Source of the DNA: Heteronotia binoei
Taxonomy: Eukaryota
DNA: 64,000 nucleotides
Direction of reading: 5' to 3'
Assembly (NCBI RefSeq): GCF_032191835.1
Contig: NC_083235.1
Location: 65,286,001 to 65,350,000, forward strand
A model generated the notes under the pieces. It did not search any database. It was not told where the DNA came from and saw only the letters and a program-made list of their open reading frames with translations. A program made the position numbers and the translations under genes. Shown here piece by piece: positions 36,405-47,815 of this stretch (position 1 is its first letter; each line of letters starts with the position of its first letter).

Positions 36405-38990
36405 TAGGGATGGACATAAACTGGGGAAAATGTGGTTCATGGTTCATGACTGAACTACAAATCAGACTGAAATGGGAAGTTCATTTGCGAACCAAACCCA
36501 TTCACGGCCCTGCACACCCCAGTGAAACAGACTGCAGTCCCTTTAAACATGGTTTGTGTCACGTTCTCAGGGTGCAGGCAGGTAGGAGTCCAAAGCCAGT
36601 CCAAAGTCAAGTCCGGGAAGTCAAGCAGGAGCCAAGTCACCAATGCAGAATCACAAACCGGAATCAGAAGTCAATGTCCAAAAGCCAAAAGGTCAGGGTG
36701 TGAAGGAAATCAAGCAGGTCAGGATCAGGATCAGGAAGGAGCGTGGATGAAAGCCAGAGAATAAACTTGTTGCATGCGAGCAACATCAAACTGTACTTGC
36801 TCGTGATGGTGTTGGATCTGGAGCGTGACCGGGTGGATCTCCTGGGTCACTGGACTGGAGCGGACGAGGCGCCCGTCAATGGCTTCAACCAGGGTCAGGG
36901 TGTCTTTGTCCTGCACCGGGATCTGATGTTGCTTCACAAAGGCCACATTGATGAAGCAGCGGGCGGCCTCGGAGTCGACCATGGCGTAGACGAACAGCCA
37001 ACGCCCATTCGTAAAGCCGAGTGTGAACAGTATGAGAAACAGGCCCTGGCCGGTAACGTAGGATTCAGGGGACCTGGCTAGGTGCCCCAAGTCAGGGGGT
37101 CCACTCAGACTTGGGGCTGGTCTTTTACTGGTGGCGGTGGCACGGTACTGGGCTGGGTGCGCTTGGCGGGGCAGCCAGAGGAAAAGTGCCCCTCCCCTCC
37201 ACAGTACAAACAGAGATTCTGTGAGCGGCCGTGCAGCCCCGAATTGCATGGGCTCGGGGTCGTCAGTCTCGGAACTGGTGTGCATCGGGGTTGTCACCGT
37301 CGCTAGGCGGCGGGGCAGCTGAGAGGGACAGGCGCTGCTTGGTGGCAGCCTTTCAGGCGGCCATCAATGCGGAGACACAGCGTGATTAGGCCTTGCAGCA
37401 TGGCCGGTCGGTCTACTCGTGCCAGCTCATCAAGGATTTCATCAGCCAGTGCCTCCATATACTGATCCATGAGGGCAGCCTCATTCCAGGGAAGGCCAGA
37501 AGCTTGAACTCAGTGGAGTATTGGGAAACCGAATCTCTACCCTGCTTCAGGGTCCGAATCTTCCGATTGGCGGTGGCTGCTTGCTGGGGGTTAGCAAAAG
37601 CTACCGCCATGTGATCCAGAAAGTCAGTCAGCAGGGGTGATGGGGCTAGAAGCAAGGGGATAGCCCATTTAGCTGCCTGCCCCTTGAAGAGGCTGACAAT
37701 GAAGCATACCTTGGTCTTGTCGTTGGGGAAGTCTCTGGCACGTAATTCAATATACAGTTTGCACTGTGCCAGGAATGCAGGAAACTCCTCCACCTTCCCA
37801 GCAAACTTCTCTGGGGGAAGCACCAGGCACTTGGGTGGGGCAGCGACAGTGGCTTGCTGATGTTGCAGGTGAGCCACCATTTGAGTGAGGTGCTCTACCT
37901 GAGTGAGCAAGGCTGCTAGCTGCCCAGAGCTTCTGCTTGCCTCCTCATCCATCTTGTGGATTGAGTGTGTGTGGAAGCAATCTGTCACGTTCTCAGGGTG
38001 CAGGCAGGCAGGAGACCAAAGCCAGTCCAAGGTCAAAGTCCAGGAAGTCAAGCAGGAGCCAAGTCACCAATGTAGAATCACAAACCGGAATCAGAAGTCA
38101 ATGTCCAAAAGCCAATAGGTCAGGGTGCCAAGGAAATCAAGCAGGTCAGGATCAGGAAGGAGAGTGGATAAAAGCCAGAGAATAGACTTGTTGCTTCCAC
38201 AAGGTTACCAGGTCCTGGGTGGGAGCTATATGGAAGTCTCAATCAGCCTGCTCCCTGAGTGGCAGTGACTCTGCTAGAACTCAGGGCTGAGAGATCTGAA
38301 GCATCGGCATGCCTCATGTCTTCGCTCTGAAAGTTCTTTCCAGAGCCTGCTTCGAACTCTTGAGATGGGAGGAGGAGAGCTTGGAAGAGATTGATCGTCA
38401 ACAGCTGACACTGGTGCCTGGAGAGTGATTGATGGGCCAGCTGCTGTTTGTTCAGCTGAGGAACTGGCTGGCAACTCTCCCAGCTCCTGTTAACCCTTCC
38501 AACTCCTCCTCGTCAGGGCTCATGACAGTTTCCAGAAAACAGCTGTGCAATGGGGAGTAGCCTGCTTCCTGCTGCTCAGCTGTTTTGGGCTGTTTTCTGC
38601 AGTCCACTTAAACTTTAAAGGAACATTAAACTTTAAAAGAACTGTAGAAGACAGCCCAAAAAACACAGCTGAATGGCAGGGAGGTGCTTCCATCTGGTCA
38701 GCTGTTTTGGGCTGTGTTGTGACTGCAGCCTTAAACAGTTGAGAGGCGGGTCATACCTTCCCACCACTCCGCTGTATTTGCAGCTTTCACAAGGAACAGA
38801 AATACCATTTGAAGGGACTCAGAGTCCCTTGAAACCCCTGCTTTCTTCTCTATCCATAAACCACCACAAACTGCTTTAAAACTTAATGGAAATTTGTGAT
38901 GGTAGACTTGTCACAAACTTCTGTTCATGAACCACAAACGGGACAAAATTTGTGAATTTTGCTTCATTATTCAGTCTGTGCCAATCCCTA
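36405..38990. mobile_element. Old hAT-type non-autonomous element hosting the Gypsy insertion
   Basis: TAGGGATGGACA...TGCCAATCCCTA termini; 8-bp flanks atcttaaa/gtcttaga (6/8). Confidence 0.55.
36557..38527 (-). mobile_element. Internally deleted Ty3/Gypsy (sushi/PEG10-like) LTR retrotransposon: 5' LTR, gag, protease, partial 3' LTR
   Basis: 5' LTR 37983-38527 (TGTCA...TGACA). The 3' LTR remnant 36557-36773 is about 95% identical to the matching part. Gag-like ORF (PEKFAGKVEEFPAFLAQC...KTKVCFIVSLFKGQAAKW); CCHC knuckle CLYCGGEGHFSSGC at 37171-37212; protease-like AMVDSEAARCFI (D codon 36974-36976); flanks gtttg/gtttc (5-bp TSD, 1 mismatch). RT, RNase H and integrase are absent. Confidence 0.92.
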
Positions 38991-39018
38991 GTCTTAGATG
39001 GATAGCTTCAGAGGGTAA

Positions 39019-39445
39019 TGTCAAATGATTTGCTATAAAGGGTTAAAGTTTCCCAGGCTGTCCTGAAAGGCTGAATTTTCTGTCTCAGGGACCCTTATCT
39101 CTTTTCTCTCCTCCCTGTGACTTCCCTCTCCCCTTTCCCTCTCTGATTCCCATGGCAATACACCTATTGTTTAGTCTTGTACAGGGGCAGTAACAACTAT
39201 GTATCTAAAGCTGCAACCTTGGGTGGAAAGTTCTACTCAAAGAATGCCTGAGAAAATAAGTTGATGTATCTCATATATGCTGGGAAAGGCGGGGGTATCG
39301 TTTTGTAGTTTGCTCTATATTACTGAGGGATTTCCTGGGTCACCCCAGATCTGACTCAGACAGGATGTCTGTACCCATTAACCTGAATCTTAAAATAAAA
39401 GGAACTTTATAAAGAATAAAAGACCTTTTATTTGAGGGATTGACA
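39019..39445 (+). mobile_element. Solo LTR of an unrelated family
   Basis: TGTCAA...TTGACA inverted termini, AATAAA motifs near the 3' end, flanks ggtaa/ggtag (5-bp TSD, 1 mismatch). Confidence 0.65.
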
Positions 39446-39477
39446 GGTAGTAATGCTGGTCTGTAGTAGAACAGTTA

Positions 39478-39763
39478 GGGCGTTTTCGCACTTACCTTAC
39501 GCCGGAGCGACGTCCCTCTTCACCGCGCAGCGTCTGCGCGGATTTCGCACTAATTGCTCCGCAGAACCTGGAAGAGCCGCAAAGTCCCGCGGCTTTTGCG
39601 TCGCAAATGTAAACCGCCAAAAACCAGTTTACATTTGCGACGCAAAAGCCGCGGGACTTTGCGGCTCTTCCGGGTTCTGCGGAGCAATTCGTGCGAAATC
39701 CGCGCAGACGCTGCACGGTGAAGAGGGACGTCGCTCCGGCATAAGGTCAGTGCGAAAACACCC
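39478..39763. mobile_element. PIF/Harbinger-type palindromic MITE
   Basis: GGGCGTTTTCGCACT/AGTGCGAAAACACCC termini, TTA flanks on both sides, near-perfect fold-back along the whole length. Confidence 0.88.
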
Positions 39764-40833
39764 TTAGATTCTAGTGCTATCTAACAAAGGGAGCTTTCAC
39801 TCTCAAAAGCTTATACCTCAAAAATCTCATTGGCCTCTAAGGTGCTGCCTAACTGTCTTAAACGGAGACTCCCTTTTGTTTGCCCATGCACACTGGTAGG
39901 AAACGGCAACTTTTTGTGTTTCTTTTCATGAGGATAAGAAAAGCTAGATCACTCCTCTCTATTCAAAGAATGCAATTACTTTTTACAAAAAATGCTAACG
40001 CTTTAATAGCGTATTACTCAAAAGGAAGACCATCTTTTTTTTACTTTTTTGGCTTTACAAAAAGGTCGTGTGTGTCATCTTCAACTCACATGCAGATTTA
40101 CCAGTAAATAAAGTTGCCCCCACTGTATTACTTGCAGGCTCTGCTGGGGGTGGGGTGCTAAACAAGTGGATGTGCCTTTCATTAGCTGGGCCCTGCAGGT
40201 TGGAAGCACTGCGGTATGCACTTTCTCTGTGTGTGCTTTTTGTGGCTGAACCACTGGAAAACGTGAAGGGAGGCCAGCCTCTACATCAGTTGGGAAGGGG
40301 CCGGAAGCAGCCTGTGCAACCCAGCTGATCGGGATGGATGAGAAGGAAGTTAGGAAGGAGATGGAGGAAGTGAAGAAAACTCACCTGTGCTGCACAAAGC
40401 AAAGATGAAGGAAGAGTCTGTAGGGTCTACAGACAAAGACGGAGGAGGGAAACTAAACAACTTCACTTCATACTTACCCAAATGACCCCTGGGTAGTACC
40501 AAGAACATCAGCAGCCCCAACAAGCCCTGAGCACATGGAGAGTTTTACATGGCACCAAACTGAGGAAGCATGCTCAGATCATGAGCAGGTAGGGGAACTG
40601 CAACAGGTGAAAAGAACCCCTTTTTCTAGGACTACACCATGAGAGGAGGAAGAGGAGGAGGTGGCAGTGGGGTTCAAGGGATGGGAGTAGATCGGGAAGA
40701 TATAGGGTAGGTGGAAGGGGGCAGCATAACTTTGCTGGCTGGCCAGCCTCTTTTGGGGCTGGTCATTCTTTACATATCCAGGCTCTCTTCCCCATCTGTA
40801 GGGAGCCTTTGAATTAAAAAAAGACAAACTTAC

Positions 40834-40962
40834 CAGGATGATTCCTGCCTGGGCTGTAGCAAATTGCATTAGGGTCCATTCATACTTGTTGGGACCCCAC
40901 ATTCCTAGTCGGTCACCTTTTTTCAAGCCAAGGGCCAGAAGCCCCGTTGCTGCCTGCTCTAC
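40834..40962 (-). CDS. ACSF2: ACSF2 exon 3
   Basis: ctacag|...|gtaagt; 129 bp; VEQAATGLLALGLKKGDRLGMWGPNKYEWTLMQFATAQAGIIL. Confidence 0.97.
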
Positions 40963-42012
40963 CTGTAGTATGCAAAAGAAATGCAGTCTAAGCAACTTGA
41001 GCTAGATGGTTATAGGAAAACAGCATAAGAAAAATCAATGTCCTCGTCTACGCATTGATTATCTTGATGATACTGAAGGATTAGATATTGCCGTTTCTGA
41101 ATTGGCTTGAACTCCCGCAGCTTTCATTTTGAGATGAAATTCTGTTTGAGGCTGCATCCAGTTTTTAGTCCTGGTGCTTTAATGTACGTCTTTTGAAAAC
41201 GTTTGCGATTCCTTCTGCCTTTACAGCATCTAGCCATGTGTCTTCAGGATAGAATGGACCAACAAGAAATAAATAACCACAGGCCGTTGGTCAGAGCCCT
41301 TCTAACATTTCCAAGGATATTCCTGCCTTCCAGCCTCTTAGTGCCAAGTCTCTGTAAACTTTGGTCAAGTCTGTACTGTACTTTGGCTCTAGCAAAGAGC
41401 CTTCTGGGTAAAGCCTCTCTGGTATGCCAATGCTGCTAGCTAAACCTCTCCCCTACCCCCCTCCTTCTCCTTTGTTATGTAGCCTTGCTTTGAAATGGGA
41501 ATATGGGAAGCTATAATCTGTGCCTTCTCAGGCCAAGCGTCAGGGGGAGGTTGGAGCCAGAGAACGCTCAAGGCCAAAGCCGGTCTGAGAAAGAAATTGT
41601 AACATCAATGTGTGAATGTGCCCTGCATAGTGCCCCTCCCTTAAGAATCCCTTTGAAGTGTACCTTATATGATGGCATTGTACTGTATGATCTCTAGTCT
41701 TTCAATTTGAACCTAGCCAAGCTCATCCTTATCAATAAACTAGCAACTTTGTTTCAACAACGACTCGTTATTGAATTTGGAGACTTGACACTTAGCTCAC
41801 CACCAATGACGTTACACATACAACAGAACTGAATCCAAAGCTGCACAGGTAGACAGTGCAGTTATTTTTTGTATAGGCATGATTTTGATGACTTAAATAT
41901 CAGTCTGCCTGCACCATTGTACAAAAGTTGTCTTCATCAGCAGCCTTATGTAGAGCACACTGCAACAGTTACCAGGGTATGAAAGACAGCGGAAAGCTAG
42001 AGAATCAGTCAT

Positions 42013-42263
42013 TTACCGTTTTCGCACACAGCTTACCTCGCAGTCACAATCCTGTTCCCTCCGCAGCGTCTGTCGGATTTCCCACCATCTGCGCCGGAGT
42101 TACAGGAAGTGCCGCAGCTTCTGCGTAGCAAACGTAAACTGGGTTTTAGCGGTTTACATTTGCTACGCAAAAGCCGTGGCACTTCCTGTAACTCCGGCGC
42201 AGATGGACGCTGCGGAGGGAACAGGATTGTGACTGCGAGGTAAGTTGTGTGCGAAAACGGTAA
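42013..42263. mobile_element. Related Harbinger-type palindromic MITE
   Basis: ttACCGTTTTCGCAC...GTGCGAAAACGGTaa; fold-back with a small deletion in the right arm; central motif similar to the 39478 element. Confidence 0.8.
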
Positions 42264-42624
42264 GTATCAATCCGGGCCACAGCCAACACCTGAGAACTAG
42301 GCTAGATTGAGCAGCACATCCATGCTACGTGAATCTGATCTATCAAGGAGAGTGTGACCTCATCTAAGATAGACTTCCTGCTTCTAACCAGTCCAAGGAG
42401 TACCCCATGATCATTACCTCATTTATGTCTGGATTGAGCTTGTTTATTTCCCTTTACCCAGTCTGTTACAGAATTCAGACACAGATTTACAGTCAGGGCT
42501 ACCGCAACAAAAAAAAAAGACGGAAAGGAGAAATAAAGCTGGATGTTATTTGAATATTGATTCCACTAAATTTATTGCTTTTTGTGTATTATTGGGTTTT
42601 TTACATATATTTTGCCTCATACCA

Positions 42625-43990
42625 TCTAATTTAATTTAATATTTGGATTTTTATCCTGCCAAAGCAGGCTCAGGATAGATAACAGCATGAAATACATACA
42701 TTAGCATCATTGATCACAAAATGGAATCAATAAAACAATTTACGATTCACAATCTAACAGCAATAAAACCAGATGACAGTGTATCTTAATCTGCTCCAAC
42801 CTACTAATAGTGATTAATTTACAGGCGTTTAATAGAATAAACAGTATAGAAACAGTCTGGGCCAACATATAGCAGGATCAGAGTAAAGCAGATGTCTGCA
42901 TCCTCAACAAGCAGAATCAAGCAGATGTCCGCATCCTCAATAAGCAGAATCAAGCAGATGTCCGCATCCTCAACAAGCAGACTCAAGCAGATGCCTGCAT
43001 CCTCAACAAGCAGAATCAAGCAGATGCCTGCATCCTCAACAAGCAGAATCAAGCAGATGCCTGCATCCTCAACAAGCAGAATCAAGCAGATGCCTGCATC
43101 CTCAACAAGCAGAATCAAGCAGATGCCTGCATCCTCAACAAGCAGAATCAAGCAGATGTCCGCATCCTCAACAAGCAGAATCAAGCAGATGTCCGCATCC
43201 TCAACAAAAATGTAACTGAAAAGTCTGACAGAAGAGCTCCATCTTACAGACCCTGTGGAACTGCAAGAGATCCCACAGGACCCTGATTTCTGGGGGGGGG
43301 GGGGGAGCTCATTCCACCAGGTAGGTGCCAGAGCCAAAAAGGCCCATATGGAAAGCCAGCACAGTCTGCAGAGAACCAGCTGGATATGAACACGTACAGG
43401 CGTCATCAACAGCGAGCGCGCTGCCGCATTCTACACCAGCCAGATCAGGTGCAAGGGTAGGGCAAATTACAATAGTTTAATCTGTAAGTGACCATCACAT
43501 GGATCACTATAGCCTCATGGGAAGAGAGGCAGGGAACCAGCTGCCAGATCTGCCAAAGGTGGAAGACGGCAGACTTGGCAGCTGTTGTGACCTGGGCCTC
43601 ACTAGTTAAGGCAGCATCCAGCATCACACTTAGATTCTGGACCTTGGACACAGGTGTCAGAAACACCCCATCCAAAGTCAGGAGCTGGATTTCCCCACCT
43701 ACATCCCCACGATTCAGGTACAGGACCTCCATCTTCAATGGGTTCAATTTCAGCCGACTCCACCTCAACCAACTAGCCACGGTCCCCCAATGTCCAAAAT
43801 GTCTGGAGCCAAGTTCAGCCGGGCATCCATTAACAGATACAGCTGGGTGTCATCTACATATTGATGGCACCATGAGAAAGGCAGAGTACAAATGGAGTAA
43901 ATAAAGGAGACTGAACAGCATTCCAAAACCCAGCTGTAAACCTGAATGAAATGAATACCAACACTCAGCTTCATTAAAGAGCGTCTGGGA
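42625..43990 (-). mobile_element. Degenerate L2 LINE with a minisatellite in its 3' region
   Basis: HQYVDDTQLYL, LKLNPLKMEVL, YRLNYCN, APTWWNELP motifs; ends approximate. Confidence 0.8.
42887..43207. repeat. 33-bp minisatellite, about 9.7 units
   Basis: Unit aagcagatgYctgcatcctcaacaagcagaatc, few variants. Confidence 0.97.
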
Positions 43991-44250
43991 CTGTCCAACC
44001 AACATTCATTTGATTCCCAAAGGGCATCTTTGATACCAGCCCATACGTTATTAAGGTCAGCTGGATACAGAGGCAGCTTGCAGAGGAAAGACGGCTTTAA
44101 AGTTAGTGGATAACCATCCTTCTTGACCCCAGTAACTTTCAAAACTCATCTTTTAAACATTTTATGGATAGGCTATGATTTGACAGTATGATAAATTGTC
44201 AGTAGAGGAAAGTTATGTTTGGATTGAGTAAGAAGAGATTACTGGCTTAC

Positions 44251-44446
44251 ATCTTGTCTAAACTGGGCAAAAGTCTTCCGAACTCCTTCTTTAGAATACA
44301 CTACAGCTTCACGCTCAGGATACTTGTGGGTCGTCTCCTCCAGGCACTGATCCACGGTTTTAGTAATAAGTGGAATATCTGTCACCCCACGAGCAACACT
44401 CTTCTTTGTTTTTTGGGCAGCGGTAGGTGCGTTAACTTGCAGAGCA
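44251..44446 (-). CDS. ACSF2: ACSF2 exon 2
   Basis: ttttttacag|...|gtaagc; 196 bp; ALQVNAPTAAQKTKKSVARGVTDIPLITKTVDQCLEETTHKYPEREAVVYSKEGVRKTFAQFRQD. Confidence 0.95.
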
Positions 44447-45472
44447 CTGTAAAAAAGCAGGTGAGAATCAGTAAATGTGGGAGGCAACTCTACTCATAAC
44501 TGGAAGAAGAATAAGAAGGATGTTCTTTGTTACAACCCCAAAATGATTGATGTTACCAATCCAAATAGTCACAAAAAGGACAACACCCTACTTTATCATG
44601 GTCATAGCACACAATAATACACCTTTTAACAATTTAGTGTAATATTTGCTGCTGTAAACATACTTGTTGTAAAAGAGAGAATGGAGCAACTGTGCATTTT
44701 GTTTGGTGTTTGAATAATACCTGCCCCTTGAACTCCATTCAAAAAAAATTACATCTCATTCTCAGAATGCCAACAGTGCAACCCGGCACTAGCACCATTT
44801 AAATCTATGTGCCCACTCAGCACTTTTGTGCATTTAATTCTGAATGCTTTTATAACGTACCTCCCCATCCACCTCCCTTCCTCAGAGGCAAGATTTTCCC
44901 TCCATTTTTCTTTTGCTTTACTAACTGAGCCACCCTAGCAATGTATTTTCTTCTTTGCTGAAGAACTCTGCCTGTTCCACCTTGCCACAGTATGAAATTT
45001 TGGCTGTTGGCTCAGCTGAGGAACCTGAGGGAAGGATTTCGGAGCTCCTTTTAACTTCAATGGCACTTAAGACGTTTTTATATTCCAAATTAACAAAATA
45101 TTTTATTCAACGTAAGAGGGTCAGGTGAAATCAGAGGTTGATATTTTTGAGGTAAAACCAGTATATGCACAAACTTCCATTCTTACGTTTCAGGATAAAC
45201 AGAGTTTCTTAAACTATTTATAGTTACTTAAATCTTTTTGTTGAGAGGCTTTTGTTCCAGGGTTTTCCAGTTGCTCCAGCACACTTTCTTTGGGTTTCCA
45301 GAAGGCTAGTACACTCTTTCCAGTACCCAAACCCCTTCTCTTGAAACACCAGTACTTGTCTTGAGTTTTAAACTGACTCTTAAGTTCTCTAAAGGTAGTT
45401 TCTAACCACAACAGTCCAGAGATCTCTCCACTCTTCTCTATTTGACTGGGCAAGGAAATTCTCTCACTAAAA

Positions 45473-45756
45473 GAGAGCAAGTTTGGTGTAGTGGTTAAGT
45501 GTGCGGACTCTTATCTGGGAGAACTGGGTTTGATTCCCCACTCCTCCACTTGCACCTGCTAGCATGGCCTTGGGTCAGCCATAGCTCTGGCAGAGGTTGT
45601 CCTTGAAAGGGCAGCTGCTGTGAGAGCCCTCTCCAGCCCCACCCACCTCACAGGGTGTTTGTTGTGGGGGAGGAAGGTAAAGGAGATTGTGAGCTGCTCT
45701 GAGACTCTTCGGAGTGGAGGGCAGGATATAAATCCAATATCTTCTTCTTCATCATC
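45473..45756 (+). mobile_element. Squam3-like SINE
   Basis: Full-length copy. Confidence 0.9.
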
Positions 45757-46234
45757 CCCTTTCTTTGGCCTGAATGGGAGTCTTCACCTACTTCCAAAAC
45801 TTTCTTGCCAACTTTCCCCCAATTTTCAATCAGTGTTAAATTGCTCTCAGCTAAAGCTGAAATCAGACTCAACTCAGACAAGGCAGAAATCTGACAGAAT
45901 CCTCAGCATGCAGGTCTCAAGTCTTTCTCTGCTCAGTTGATACTAACCGATCAAATTGCTTGGAGCAGCCCGTCACTCAAGAATTAACACTTCACAGTTC
46001 TTCAGTTGCTTGTACAGTACTTCAAAGCTTTTAAAAAGTGTAGCCCATCACACGTCCCTTTGAATTTATTGCTTCAGGAGAAGTTCTTGCAAGCCGCTCA
46101 TGTGCCATGAGTGAAGCATGTGGATGTATGTTACCTTTACTTTAATACCAAAAGTTAAACTTCTTATTATACAAACATATATACACATAACAACCTGCAC
46201 TGTATTAACAACCTATTTTTAACCACCTCCACCC

Positions 46235-46600
46235 TTAGCTGGCTTTGGAGAGTGCATCTCTAATGACATTCTCCTTCCCTTTTATATGCACTATGTCAAA
46301 GTTGTAATCCTGTAACTGAAGATTGCATCTTATCAGTTCACTGTTTGTACTCTTCACCTGGTTAAACCAATAAAACAGCCAATGACCAGTGCACAAAGTG
46401 AATTTCCTTCCACATAGGAAAGACTTTAATTTACCTACGGCCCACACTATTGTCAAACATTACTTCCCAGTCACGGAAAGTGTTGCTCTCTTTCCACCAA
46501 TCTTCTACTAAGGTAAAGGATGGGATGTTGTTCCCCATTCTCCCCACTCTGACTTAATATGGCCCCTATATCAATATTAGATGTACTGGTGAAGATGGTA
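46235..46600 (-). mobile_element. Degenerate Ty3/Gypsy RT-RNase H fragment
   Basis: IVWAVGKLKSFLCGRKFTLCTGH...LQLQDYNFDIVHIKGKENVIRDALSK matches the Gypsy RNase H C-terminal pattern; upstream disrupted ASNIDIGAILSQ...HPILYLSRRL. Confidence 0.8.
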
Positions 46601-47256
46601 AAGGGTTTCATGAAACAATATATACAAAAGTAGGAGTGGTGGTTTACAAGTCAAAAACAATCGAACCCCAGCCACTAGGCAATATGAAATTATGAAATTA
46701 TGCAATCATGCAGTTCTCTGTTCAGCCCAAAGTCTTGTCATACGAAGACCCGAGGTTTTTATTAGCTCTGCTTCAATTCTGTAGAATCGTCTACAGTGAT
46801 ATGGGCTTATGTTAAGTACCACCGGACGTCACTTGAGGTTTTATAATTGTTTCACAATGTATGTAAATTATGTCTGGTATTTAATTCACAGTCATTTACT
46901 AAGGGATCCACTTTATGTTCAATTTCAAAAATATTATTATTATAATGAGAGTCAAGCTTCCATCATATGAAAGATGGTATGAAAGATGGAAAGATCGTAT
47001 GAAAGACGTATGAAAGATGGAAGCTTGACTTGAACAGAGAACTGCGTGATTGCATAATTTTCATAATTTCATATTGCCTAGTGCTGGGTGTTTGATTGTT
47101 TTTGAAAGGGTTTCATGAAGTCAGGAGCCCTTAACACTCATGAAGTCAGGGGCCCTTGGCTCTATGGTTAGTACTTTTTTTAGGTGATCCAATGTAGTTT
47201 GGCTTTCTTGTGCCCAAGTCACCTTATCCAGAACAGTTTTCTTTGTGTGTTTACAT

Positions 47257-47815
47257 TAGGGTTGCCAGTCCAAATCAGGAAATATCTGGGGACTTTGGGG
47301 GTAGAACCAGCACCAAGGTTGTGACAAGTGTAATTGAACTCTGAAGGGAGTTCTGGTCATCACATTTAAAGGGACCATACTCCTTTTAAATGCCTTCCCT
47401 TCATTGGAAATAATGCAGGATGGGGGTACCTTCTTTGGGGGCTCATAGAATTGAACCCCCTGGTCTAATCTTTTTGAAACATGGGGGAGGAGGATTGAGG
47501 AGAGGCACCAGATGCAGAAACCACCCCCCAAGCCCCAGATACTCACATATTGATTCTCCATTATACCCTACGGTGAACAGTTACAGTTTGTTTGTTTGTT
47601 TCAATTTATATCCCACCCTCCCCACCAAAGCAGGCTCAGGGTGGCTTACATATTCATGTATAGACATGAAATATAAAAATACAATTAAGACACAGGATAA
47701 AATGCAGTGCCCAGTGGACATTCAAACCCCACCCCCACTTTCTGATAACCCTGAAGTGGGAAGAGGGCCTCCAAACCAGGGACCTCCAGCCCCCAACTGG
47801 GGATTGGCAACCCTA
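47257..47815 (-). mobile_element. hAT MITE of the same family, interrupted by a LINE-like 3' tail
   Basis: Same TIRs and internal sequence; central segment replaced or interrupted (~47580-47720); TSD not matching. Confidence 0.75.

Noticed and set aside
40380-40480. Donor-like GTGAG/GTAAGT sites in ACSF2 intron 3 as cryptic exons
   Set aside because: No paired acceptor or coding similarity; exons 3 and 4 already join in frame.
42819-43409. 196-aa hydrophobic repeat ORF (LLVEDAGICLI)n and its antisense (MPASSTSRIKQ)n
   Set aside because: By-product of a 33-bp minisatellite within an L2 remnant; no splice or promoter support.
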